The notes beneath the pieces are model-generated. The model searched no databases. It was not told the DNA's origin and saw only the letters and a list, made by a program, of their open reading frames with translations. This document shows positions 22,809 through 34,700 of a stretch of DNA of 64,000 bases, one piece after another. This DNA is from Setoptus koraiensis (Eukaryota; Animalia; Arthropoda). The stretch lies in assembly GCA_048013815.1 (NCBI GenBank), contig CM106586.1:1116001-1180000 (forward strand), in the 5' to 3' direction. Positions within the stretch are counted from its first letter, which is position 1, and every line of letters starts with the position of its first letter. The position numbers were made by a program, and so were the translations under genes.

Positions 22809-23898
22809 AGAATTTTCTCACTGAAGAAGAAACGAAAGAGGCTGTATTGACATTCTTCGAGTCAAAACCTGAAGAGTTTGGGTGTTGTAGCGAATAGTGC
22901 CACACTCAGATTTCCACCAAACTTCACACATGGGGCCCTTAGGGCCCCCAAACAACGGATTCGCTGGTCCGGAAGTGCGGAAACTTCCGGTTCCGGTTTT
23001 ACACAAAATTCAAGCTAGAGCTATGGAACTTTATATGCAGCAGGATATGAACATTCTGAGTACAATGAAGTTCGTTGTACTTGTGTGCGGCTTCCGGTTG
23101 CGGAGATATTCAGGAAAAACCGCGCGGGTATCCCGCTCGGGACGAAGCATCCGCGCGCACGAGTAAATACGTGCGCCCTAGAGGCTCCGATATGTCGCCA
23201 CACAAGATGGCACAGCGCTAGATCTGTGCTTGAATCATGTTCCGAGGCTTTCAACATTTCTTCTAGTCTCTTACTCTCGTCTATGGTTTGCAGTCATGTG
23301 AGCGGAGGGCTGAGGGCGAAGCCCGAAACCCGAAGCGCTCATCTACCCTACCCGAAGGGTTCCCGTCGCACGCAGTCGTCGCGGGAGCGACGACGGAGAT
23401 GTGACGGCCTCCAAATTACGAGGCCGCAGGCCGAGTTCTCAGACCGATCGCAGGTTCATACCCGAGTGCAGCGAAGCTGAAATTCGTCAACTTCCGGTCT
23501 TCCAAACCAATAAATATGCCGATATCTCGAGAACCGGATATCGCACCGAGCTGAAAATTATGCCATCGTGTTTAGCGTCTTTTGGAACGCTAGTATGGTG
23601 AGTTTTAGACCTCTAGCTCCAACTTGAGGTAAAACCGGAACCGGAAGTTTCCGCACTTCCGGACCACTTTTTTCGTTCTATTGAGGTCAATATGAACCTA
23701 TACCGAAAGTTTCATCAGAATCTGAGTGTGGCACTATTCGCTACAACAACCAAGAGTTTTATAAAAAGGGTATCGATGAGCTCAGAACTCGTTTAAAACG
23801 TGTAATAGAGCTAGAAGGAGAGTATGCCGAAGACTAGCGAATTTCATTACTGTACGATACATCCATTGGATAAAGTTTAAGACTTTATCGACGACCGA
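22809..23898 (+). pseudogene. Mariner-type transposase C-terminal remnant (22809-22879 plus 23760-23837) with probable right ITR ending ~23898
   Basis: Removing MITE copy 3 and one TSD gives NFLTEEETKEAVLTFFESKPEEFYKKGIDELRTRLKRVIELEGEYAED*, a typical mariner C-terminus (F...EEVK..V..FF.SK..EFY..GI..L..RW..VI...GEY). aagactttatcgacgaccga-TA follows ~60 bp after the stop. Confidence 0.8.
22880..23751. mobile_element. GG-TIR MITE family copy 3 (872 bp) with 8-bp TSD; Merlin-like by end structure
   Basis: TIRs gggtgttgtagcgaatagtgccacactcagatt / aatctgagtgtggcactattcgctacaacaacc; TSD AAGAGTTT at 22872-22879 and 23752-23759. The superfamily assignment is inference. Confidence 0.85.
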
Positions 23899-23994
23899 TA
23901 CGATCAATAAAGTACATAAAATTACTTTAACATTAGGACGCCAAGGTATATTCTCAGGCTCTGCAGCCATAAACTGTCTTAGAATAATAGACCG

Positions 23995-24019
23995 ATAACA
24001 ACTTTTGGCGCACTCTGTA
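23995..24019. mobile_element. Possible isolated Tc1/mariner terminus
   Basis: acttttggcgcactctg-TA; the reverse complement TA-CAGAGTGCGCCAAAAGT resembles Tc1-like ends. No partner end found. Confidence 0.3.
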
Positions 24020-24150
24020 TATTATATTATATTTATTATTATTATTATTTAAATACTTGTACTAATCTGCGGCTTCTGTTTCAAGCCACAATTACATAAT
24101 CTTGTCGATTTCATACATATTCTGATAGTAGTTAGTTCTGAGACAACTAA

Positions 24151-25676
24151 TCAGGGCCAATACGTAGCCACTAAATCATCCGTCGAGGAACTATTGGTGT
24201 TCGAGCTGGTGTTGAAACTTGATGAATACACATCATCCTGATCCAGACTGAACAATTGCTGATGCTGAAATCTCATGGTCATATTGTTCAACTGATTAGT
24301 AGTCATTTGGTCCATGTGACTCTGCACTTGTTGCTGTTGATGTTGGTGGTGCTGAAATTGAACCTGTTGTTGTTGTTGTTGTTGTTGGTGTTGTTGGTGT
24401 TGTTGTTGTTGTTGCTGATGATGTTGGTGTTGATGTTGTTGTTGATGGTATTGTTGAAGCGGCAAAGGTGGTAAACAATGGCCGCAACAACAACTCGCAT
24501 CATTGGCAACTAGATTAGGTGAAGTTGTCGTGGCAACAACATTTATATTTGTTTGTTCTTGTTGTTGATTGACATGAACATTATTACTGTAATCATTATT
24601 ACTATTAATATAACTACTTCCGGGACTTTCAATGCTGTAAGCCGGACTCATATTAAAAGTGTTTGTGTTGCTACTGCTGTTCGCCTTATTATTCTGCTGT
24701 TCGGCTTGATCCAAATACAATACAATCTGTTGATGTTGTTGTTGCTGCTGTTGCTGTTGCCGTTGTTTATGCTGCTGTTGGTATTGACGACGTCGTTTTA
24801 AACTCATCGAAGATTGCGAACAGTCCTCCTCTTTCTTGATCTTCTTATCTATTGTCGTTACCACATAAGTGCGTTGTTTTGTTTTGTATGAATTAATTAA
24901 GTTGATTAAAATAAATAAAACAACACAATCTAATTAGATAGAACCATTCAGATTGCTTTTGAACTAGTGTCGCCACTTACCTGTTGATGAGACCAATGTC
25001 AGAAATTGTATTACTCGCTCCACTACCTTCTGTTGTTTCTGATGTCTGGCCCGTAATAAATCCACTTCTCTCCATAAAGTTTTTTTTTCAATGTGCATAT
25101 CATCCAATATTGAACTCTGCAATTCTCTAATAGATTTAACATCCGAGATCATGGCTCTCACCTCGTCGCAAAAGGACCCATTGGCCATCAAATGGTGAGC
25201 CACCTTAAAGGAGTTGCTCTATATCATTTCAATAATAATGATTGTAACAGTGTGATCCAATATTTGTGATGTCGCACGGTCTGAAGTAAATGCACAATAT
25301 AAGGATGAACGAAAAAGATGAATCAGATCAAATGAAAATTGTTGATATCAGGGTCGGCATAACAGCATCCAATCAAATTCAACTTACCATTCATTGATTC
25401 ATTTCAATAATGTTGAGATTCAGCCCATAACAACGGGAACGAAAAAAAGGTGGTTGTTATATGGCCGGTAAGCTCAACAAAAAAGAAATCAAACAATATG
25501 TGTAGTAAGTATATGTAAGTGTATAGGCATTTCGTTGAGTCGCCGTGTAAAACAAATCAGCCATGATAATAGTATACATTTATCACCAGTCAATTGGCAT
25601 CATTGTGTCAGTCGCATTATCAAGACGAATCACCCAATTATAAGACCATTACAAAATAATGTTCCATGTTTGGAAT

Positions 25677-25715
<39 letters not shown>

Positions 25716-28700
25716 GTGAAGTGATGATTGGTTTGACGATTGCAAAGATATGGAATAGAATTTATTTCATGTTCGTTAGTACGAGTATATTACGTATTAA
25801 GTAGATACGTTATAATGAGAAGTATCTCAATTTGAATAGTCTCCATCAATTGATTAGGCCCCAAGTGATATCACTTACCTTGCGTTTGATATCCGCTATT
25901 TTGCGCTCATTGTCACGCATAAAATTAACATGATAAAAATGAGCCATCTCAGGTGAAATTGTACGTTGGTCGCGTTTTTTCATATCATTGGTACAATTGT
26001 TAGATAATTTACGGAAACCGTCTGCAAATGATCGAATAAGTCGTCGTGGATACGCGTGGAGAGCATACTTATTAGCCTATCTATCGCGAAGACGTGCATT
26101 TGGGTCATCGTGGTCATCAACATCATCGAGGTCAGCGCAATCAATAAGTTAATTGTTAGTTTACCACCCCCTGTAAACAAGATACTTACACATATTGAGC
26201 TGACGTATAAAACTGGCCATATTGCCGTGCTTGAAATACAGAGGCAACAATTCTTTTGCAAATCGTGTCTGATTGATTATGATGAAACTGCATCCGCTCT
26301 GCGTGAGCCATTGTTCATATTACATTGTGCAATTGGATGTGTAAGATAATCGATTAAAAGATTAAGATAAACAATTAATAAACTGTCTTTTGAGTCAGTT
26401 TGGTTCGGATTACACATCCAGATCGTATGTGACGCATAGCGAAAGAATATGCCTTCTCCGCATACAGAAGTTTAAGCTCAAAGAATTACTAATCACGGTT
26501 GGTACAAGCATTATGATTAACGGAACGCTAGAAAAAAGAAACGGCATGCCAATTTGAGGAGCGCTTGAATCATTAGTTAATCTGATTCCTTTTGGAATTG
26601 AGTAGCATATTACATGTGCATATTACATATTACATGTGCCAGCGAGAGTTTAATTGTGAAATCGCCATTGAAAGAATAAGAGCAACACAAGATAGTGTGT
26701 TCAAAAAGCTGAACAAATAATCATCACGTGCATGACCACGATGTGGGCAGAGGCCGTCATGGAATTGTCGGCCGTTGTTGAAATGTCTAATATGATCCCA
26801 ATCTATCCACACTAATCACCCCGGGCCAATACATGTGACATGATCTAATCTACATGTGACATTTGTTGTTCTTTGTCACCGAGCTAGGGTGATGTTGGCC
26901 GAAACGTTGTCGTTGTTGTTGTCTGGGTGTTGTAAGTCGCTGTTATGATTGATTATCAGTGCTAATTACTCATAGCTTTGTTTGCGAGGCACATTATCAA
27001 ACACGAGACAACAGACACCAACAACAAATTGCTTCTTGTTAGGCCATGGTTGAAATCGAAAGATTTGTCGACTAGATCTACTGCCTATATGTCAGTAAGA
27101 TTTGCACGATCTTTAGCTATAGAATCTGGCCTATCGTGTACAAATAAGTGATCTAATAGCGAGCTACTACGCAAATATACGGGAAACACACTAGCTTAAT
27201 TAGATTATCATAAAACTCTTATTAAGTTTTGTTGTCGCCATTATAGACTCGCAACTGTCAGTTTAATCATGCTCTATTAGTAATAAAAAAGTTATTGCTA
27301 ATAAGTAACATTTCGACAACTAGTGTAGTCGGCTTGTTTGCTTTCGATTGTATAAGCGGTTTAGCCGACAACGACAACAACAACAACAATAAGACGAACA
27401 ATTTAGGCCGACCTAACCGTCCGTCACCTGTCCAATGACAGACTTTTGGGCTTGTCTCTGTCGCTTGCAGCCGCCTTTTTTTTTTCTCTCTCTCTCTCTC
27501 TCTCCTTTCGGTTGTTGTCGGCTCGTCAGTCGACAACAAAAATATAAATCAGATGATCCTCGTGGTCATAAACGTGACGACCATTTGAGCGGCCTAAAGA
27601 AGTACCTATCTTTTAGTTAACGACATAAACGATAGAGGGCGCTCATTAGAAATGGCAAGCTAGCAGAGATGATCGTCACGTTTGCAGTACACGTGCCTCA
27701 AAAGTGGCCCATTATGAATAGTTTACGCGTGAATATCGGCAACTTTTCACACGGCTCACACATGTGCAGGTTGGCTGGTCATGATTTTGTGAATATTGTC
27801 CAGTTGTCAAGACACTGTCCAATATATCCATTGGTCTGTGAGGCACATTGTGTAGTATGAGTAGTTGATTTTTTCGACTTGTCGTGGGCTCAAACTTGTC
27901 AACATTATCAAGTATTGATTTCTGAGAGAAATTGTTTTTACAAAAAATAGTTTTGAACTTGGCGCGCCACTCGATTTGGTCGAAACACATTTAAGCTTGT
28001 GAGAATTGTTTGCGCACTATCACAAACAACCTTATTACACCTGTAACATACTCGTGCAACACATGTGTCCATTGTTGTTACTTTTTGTTTGCAAGTGTAT
28101 CAAGTATCCAGAGAAAAATTGTAATTATTATTTATTTACACTGTTTTATATCGAGGATTCCCAGGATTTATATTTCTAATATCTGACCATCGTTATTGTT
28201 GTTGTTGTTGTTGTAAGAGTGTATTCGAGCGTAACTACTAGAGATAGTAGATTTATCGCTTATCATAGTTACCCGACAAGATATTCAATATGCAAACAAA
28301 TGGAGAGACAGAAGATCCAAGACAAATTCAACTTTTTGAGACCATGGAAAAGAAACAAGAGGAATGCCTAATGTTGTTGAGGAATTCCCTCATGGAAACC
28401 GATTGGAGGAAGAATGTATCAAATTTGTGTCGCGGCTACATAATGGACCAAGACTTAGACAGAGTGAGTCTCGAGGAAATTGTTGAGAAAGTTCTCCCAC
28501 AGGCAAGAGCTGCCATTCCAAAGCCAATTGAAGATGAGGTTATGTACAAAATAAGAACTGCACTAGAGAATGGACTTGTAGATCAATGTACACAACCAAA
28601 ACAATAGCCATAGTTAAACAATCACGAGGACATACACGACAACAATCTATACATCAATAAAACAAACTATTGCTTACCTCACTCCAGCAGACCATATCAT

Positions 28701-28872
28701 CGTAAGCTTTATCGTCCACAAGGCGCCATAATTTGCTCAAGAAAGCGGTAATATTTGTTGTTGATTGATTGGAACTTCCGCTGCTGCTCCTACAGCTGCT
28801 ACTACTACTGCTTGATTGTTCCCTTTCGCAAGGTGATGATGTCGATGATGAGTACATCGAAGGTTGGGGCAT
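24151..28872 (-). CDS. Hsf: Heat shock transcription factor; exons 28872-28678, 26298-26190, 26021-25879, 25203-24981, 24848-24151 (455 aa)
   Basis: [21 protein letters not shown]|[36 protein letters not shown]|YGFRK...[20 protein letters not shown]|V and [32 protein letters not shown]. All four introns are GT-AG and the summed exon length of 1368 nt is in frame. Confidence 0.92.
25683..25713. repeat. (GT)n microsatellite in Hsf intron 3
   Basis: Direct. Confidence 0.95.
28290..28607 (+). CDS. ENY2: ENY2/Sus1-like transcription and mRNA export factor (SAGA DUB module/TREX-2), 105 aa, intronless
   Basis: [63 protein letters not shown] parallels ENY2 [63 protein letters not shown]. Confidence 0.8.
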   Translation: MQTNGETEDPRQIQLFETMEKKQEECLMLLRNSLMETDWRKNVSNLCRGYIMDQDLDRVSLEEIVEKVLPQARAAIPKPIEDEVMYKIRTALENGLVDQCTQPKQ

Positions 28873-29500
28873 TGTAGATAAACTCCTCTTAATCTCTCTC
28901 TTTCTCTCTCTCCCTCTGTCAGTCTCTGGTTGGATAGTTTTGCTCGGTAATGATTACAATATTGTGTGTGTGTATATTCTAATGCATACCCTATCACTGG
29001 TGACGGGACTGAATGTTTACGGTTGTATCAAACTGAATTGTATGTCAACATTGCAGGCTATTGAACAGGTGTCTTGGTTTAATTGACTGATTAAATGGTC
29101 CCTCTTTGTGTTAGGCACTAATTGTTGATTGACTGTTTATTGATACTATTTGCGAGTTGGTTATCATGTTGGTTTATGGTTGGTGGGACAGTGTTACATA
29201 AAGAGAGTAGTGGGTTAGTTGTTGTATCTCTCCTGAGTGATTTGTTAGTAAATTGTGTTATGGAAGAAGTTTGCAAGAGCAGTTTAGTTAGTTGACATCT
29301 AGTTGCGATAGATGTTGTTGTCGTCGTTGCTACTATTGCAGTGGTGATGATTATAATTCGTACACAACCACTATACGATTTGCAATAGTTTACTGTACCG
29401 TAAAGCAAAGTAGTAGTTGTAGTGTATTAGTAATAGTGGTAGTAGTAGTAGATAGTATGGAAAGTAGAAGGCAGATGACACTGTCGAGATAGCGACTGAT

Positions 29501-29503
<3 letters not shown>

Positions 29504-29576
<73 letters not shown>
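29504..29576. repeat. Compound (CT)n(AC)n microsatellite upstream of the Hsf CDS
   Basis: Direct. Confidence 0.95.
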
Positions 29577-29580
<4 letters not shown>

Positions 29581-30468
29581 TGATTGCCGCTGGTGGCACC
29601 TCGAACTTAGGCTACACTAAATACAAATGTTCAGCCTCGTGACTAATAATACACTAATGCGAAACATTATTGCTACTCTTATACCTGCTTTTGTGATGAG
29701 CCTGGACCAGTTCATTTGGCCTAATCTATCTACCTTTTGATTCGCCCCTCACAGGTCCCTCTCCCTCTCAAACACACACACACTCATCTATCGCTTCGTT
29801 TCATCCTTATTTCGTAGTCCCCTCGCCCATTGATACAGTTACATAATACGCTGATGATTTCTGTTAGTTAAGTCGGCCAGTTTGTATTAAGCTAGCTGTT
29901 CGCTGGGCTACACTAGCGCACAGAAAAGCGAGAGTCGATACAATTCACCAGTTGTCAGTATAAAGAGATAATCTCTAATAAACAAAAAGTTGTAGTGGTT
30001 TGCTGCTGGATTCCTTTTGCTATTTGCACACTGTAGATAATTTTGTGTTTAAAAAATCCAATCAATCAGCCATACAACTCATTCAATCATTCATGATTGG
30101 TGGTGCTGCACAGGCACATTCATATAGACACACTAACAACTTAGTAGTGTTTTTGAGTGTATTTATTTCAATATTTTCATCGTTTATTATTATTATAATT
30201 AGTTTTAATTTAATGATTTGAACCCACTACTACTACTACAGCATGGAGAGTAAGTAAGATACATCATCGTAATGCAAATTCAACAAATCTTCACTAACTC
30301 TACACTTTAATCTTGGTTCTTTTTTATTTGTCTAAAGACCCCTGTGATTACTTTATGCTTCTTATGGCCTTTAGTGCTAGTGTTTCATAATTCACTTTGT
30401 GTTCACTTTAAGTTTACTTGGTTGGTTCCGTTTATTGTGTGTGTTGTCTAATAATCTAGCGAACCAAG

Positions 30469-31497
30469 TTATTCGTTTGGTCCATAGGGGCCTAGATCGT
30501 CGCCAGTGCGAAGTTTTCTCTGTTTGATCATATCGGCCTTGACCACTTTACGTTCATAGGCCCATCCAATGGCCGACATTGCGTCAATGAAAACTTTTGT
30601 GATGTTCAATTCATAGCCTAATTCACTGGTTGCATAATCCCAAGGGAAAGTGTGATGGTAATTGTGGAAACCTTCGCCTAGAGCAGCCAACGAGACACCT
30701 CTGTTTTCCGAAGGATTGATGTTTTTATCGTAGGGTCGTCTGCCCCACATGTGAGCGGCTGAATTAACTAGCCAAGTGGCGTGCAATGTGACAGCATAAC
30801 GTAACAATGCACAAACATAGAAAGCATTATATAGCGATTCGTTCCACAAGTAGTAGGGTATTAATGTGGGCACAACAAAGCATGTAATGGTCATCAATAT
30901 CAGGTAGTAATGATGTTGAAATCTGACAATTGGATCTGCCCACAAGTCGCTCAAATCAATGGTCTTGCCCTTGCTTTGTACCTGTGGATGTTTTCTGCAC
31001 AGTAGCCAGCCAACATGCGAAAAAAAGAATCCCCTTGTTGCGTCATGCGGATCAGCATCTGTTTCGCTAAATTTGTGATGTGTTCTATGATCGCGCGACC
31101 ATTCATAGATGGAATTTTGGAAAGCCAATGTTTGAAAGCAGCACAACACTATTCTCAGGGGCCATTTTGCCTTGTATGACCTATGTGACCAGAGGCGATG
31201 CGCGCCGGCTGTAATACCAAGGCCACCTAAATTGTAGAGAATATAAGCGAGTATTGTTGTTTTAATTTGTGCTGATGTAAATATTAGCTTGAGGCCTACT
31301 AGTGCCCCTAAATGCAGTGCGCTCATTAATATAACATTGCGCCAGACTATTCGAACGGGTCGTCTGTCCTTGGGACTTTTGATGGTCAAATGCTGATGTT
31401 GTAATGATTTGAATGGTGACAGTCCCTCTTCTGGTTGCAATTGTTCGGGTAGCTCATGCTCGTGTTCGTGTTCGATGGATCTCGAGTGAGGCGGCAT
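30469..31497 (-). CDS. SCD: Acyl-CoA delta-9 desaturase (stearoyl-CoA desaturase family), 342 aa, intronless CDS
   Basis: Three His boxes HRLWSH, HRTHH and HNYHH; GITAGAHRLWSH, ETDADPH, RGFFFSHVGWL, WLVNSAAH, GEGFHNYHHTFPWDY. Confidence 0.95.
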   Translation of the reverse strand: MPPHSRSIEHEHEHELPEQLQPEEGLSPFKSLQHQHLTIKSPKDRRPVRIVWRNVILMSALHLGALVGLKLIFTSAQIKTTILAYILYNLGGLGITAGAHRLWSHRSYKAKWPLRIVLCCFQTLAFQNSIYEWSRDHRTHHKFSETDADPHDATRGFFFSHVGWLLCRKHPQVQSKGKTIDLSDLWADPIVRFQHHYYLILMTITCFVVPTLIPYYLWNESLYNAFYVCALLRYAVTLHATWLVNSAAHMWGRRPYDKNINPSENRGVSLAALGEGFHNYHHTFPWDYATSELGYELNITKVFIDAMSAIGWAYERKVVKADMIKQRKLRTGDDLGPYGPNE

Positions 31498-31682
31498 GAT
31501 GTCTGGCTATATTAGTCGGTCACTATATTTCGTAGGTGCGCTGTTGGCGTCGCTGGGTCTGCTGATCTATTGACGTGGTCTATCGTTTTGTCTTGTCGTG
31601 TCGCTTCTTCTTCTCCAATTTATAATAATTTAATTTGTGTATGAAACGACTAATAGATGCCAACGTTAATGTAACATTTACA

Positions 31683-31687
31683 TATAT

Positions 31688-31730
<43 letters not shown>

Positions 31731-31748
31731 GATATTTTTATATATATA
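31683..31748. repeat. (TA)n-rich tract upstream of the SCD CDS
   Basis: Direct. Confidence 0.9.
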
Positions 31749-34700
31749 AATGTGTATTAGAGTTGTGCAGACACTGTTTGCCTACTCGAAATATGCAACG
31801 TATAATGTCAGTCAGCGTAGATATAACAAATCGTGATAAAAAAGAACAAAAATTCAACACGACGACGACGAAGTGTTGCCCCTCCCCCTCTTGCCGTCTG
31901 TGTGCCCCCGTTGCTGCTGCTGTAGCCTGCAGTTGCTGCACCTTGCGTTGGCAGCACATGTGCAGGCGCTGCTCAATCCTTTCATCTCACTGCAAACGCA
32001 CGCTGTGCGCGACATTGAAGCACACGCCGCACGGCTGCTGCCGCAACACACTATGCAGCACTATGCACTATACTGACACTGCTGCACTATGCCAACTGAC
32101 ACAACACTGACCGAGCTAGTCGCACTAGCCGCGCCCACCGCTCATCGGACGCACCGACCTTCTCTATCCAGCCTACGGGCCTACTGAACATGCGCAGACG
32201 CCCCAAAAACAGACCAAAAGTGACCCCTGGCGACAAAAAATCAAGTGGCGCAGTGTGCTGCGCTGTGTTAGGCGAATCGTAGTCACATCATAGTCGGGCC
32301 GGCAACATGGGATCACCATGCAGTTTACAACATTTACCAACCATTACCAACAACAACAACAACAACAACTTGTTGATGCTTTTCTTCTCACATATTACAT
32401 CACGTGATCACACTCTTTCTCTCTATCCCTCTACCATACATATCCACTGCTGCTATGGGCCATCCAACGAGAGAAAGATGGTGTGTGCAGTTCCACTATG
32501 CTAACCCACACACACTGGCTGTTGGTGAGTCATGAGCACAGTCAACCATCATTAGCCAGTGGTGGTTAATAAAGCAACAACATTAAACAACAGCACCAAC
32601 AAATTGACGTTACTGTTGCACTATAAAGTGTCAGAGTCACACAGCCAGTGCCATTTCAATTTGGTGCATTCATTTATCTATACCGTGTTTTGCATTTATT
32701 CCATATTACGCACTTTTATTATGCATACATTTTATTGTACATACATCTATTCCAAAAATATTATCATAATATAATGTGTACCCAATTTAAGCGTCACAAC
32801 AACTATCTCATGCCGCACCGCGGCAACAACACCGACGTCAACTGGCTGTCGGTCGTTGTTATACTCTGTTTGCCAGCCAAACAAGTGACTTGTGAATGAC
32901 TCTCAGAGTGCCCTATGACTAACACCGATCGCTTCACCTTGAGCGCTGACGTGTTCCACCAGGGGCGCTCAGGTAGCTAGATAATGCACATCCGAAGGCA
33001 GTGTCACGGATAAATATTTCACTGCTTTTTATATCGATTCCTTTGCGCAATGTTCATTCTAGCTTAACTGTGCAGCGGTACACCGTAACAACTCACTTGA
33101 ATACTAAAGTAAAGTACGCCGCTCTAGCGGACATGTCTAGCAACACTATTTAATCGTTTACATAGATTATGCTGTTTGCGATCACGTGAGTAACATCTCA
33201 CAACGGCAGCGGCAACAACGGCTAGTTTTTGTCACGGATAAATGGACAAAATTAAAGTAAGAAGAAGATGATGATGGTAATGTCAATAGTCTTATCAATA
33301 ATATGAATTTCATTCATATTACAACAACAGCAACAACAAAGAAAACAAAAACCAAGACGATGACGACGAATGGATGTTTACATGTAAAACTGTTAAGATC
33401 GCAATAATAATGTTCCGATGTTTAGATGTTCGGATGGACAACATGAGTCGAGTGTGCTCTACGTCTGCAGCAATAAAAACCGGAAGTAATAAAAATATAT
33501 TTATTTGTTTGTTGTATTGTTGTTGTTTTGTCTTGTCAATCTTCTCATCAGAGTGTGCTTTGTTTGTTAGTTTCTATAGTAGACACACTCTAACGTTAAT
33601 TCACTCCTTCATTGCCTGACCTGTCTTTACCTGACTCGGCTCAACTCTGGCTCCGACAGGCTGACTGTCAATCTTTGTGACTGGCTGGCTGGCTTGCTCA
33701 ACAATACAAACATTAGGTCCAACAGTATTGTGTGAGTTCGCTTGATTTTGTTGTTGTTGTTGTTCGACTCAAGAATTCTATTCGTATTGATTTTTGAGAA
33801 TTTCTTGAAATGAAGCGAATTTTGTCATGCGAAATATAAAATAAACAACTAATATCGAACGGAGAACAAACACACAGAGAGTGAGAGAGAAGTCGAAAGA
33901 ATTCCAAAGCAAAAACATGTTTTCTTTCATAGAAGATAAGTCAGAGGATAAACAAATAGCAGCTACTACCAATAGCATGCAAGTGTCTGAACTCGGTCCA
34001 CTACTAATGCGACAACAAATTGCCGGTTACGTTAGCCATACGCCTGTTAGTCGTGTCTCCACTAGCTTATCGCGCGTTTTGATGCAAACAGATAAATGAA
34101 ACAACATGTACATTTGCACTTACATTTAGGATAGGATATGATTTTTATCCTAACACATACTCACACAATGTTTTATATAGTAGACTGGGTACTGGCAGTA
34201 GAGTTTATAATTTGTATAAAATAATAGGAAGGAAACCATTATCGTTTGGAACCTTCGAAACAATGTTGTGAGCTGTCTTGATCAGAAAATGTCACCCGCT
34301 ACCTGCTGTTATAAGTATATCACAGACAAACATACGGACTTAACAGTTGTCATGAGTCAGGCGTGTGATTTACTCTTATTAAATTGTCGAGTTACCTAAA
34401 CAGCGGCCCATACAAACCGCTGTATACTCTGAACAGCGGCAAATAGTGACCTTCAACTATAAACGCACTCAAATCATTATCTAGATAAATCTATTTTTAT
34501 TCTTAATTATGTTCACTCAAAAGGCAATGGTAAAGGTTAAGATTAGATAAAGAGCATTAAACTATGGAGGCACGTAGACGACAGCTCGCTTCTTTTGCCA
34601 GCAATGATAGCTGTTTGTTAGTCAATTATCATCTCATGTCCCGCGGCTCTCACTGGTGTAGCAAGTGGTTGCATTTTGTTAGTTGTTGGATAGCTGTGGC

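Noticed and set aside
21483-23601. ORFs inside the MITEs (e.g. 22436-22897, 23085-23480)
   Set aside because: No DDE or other domain motifs. They are open frames in GC-rich non-coding element sequence, apart from the mariner fragment reported separately.
25980-26349. ORFs 25980-26261(-) and 26056-26349(+)
   Set aside because: They overlap Hsf exons 2-3 in the wrong frame or strand. The spliced Hsf frame explains the region.
27061-27130. GACTAGA miR-279-family seed-like sequence
   Set aside because: The rest does not match the mature miRNA and no precursor hairpin is evident.
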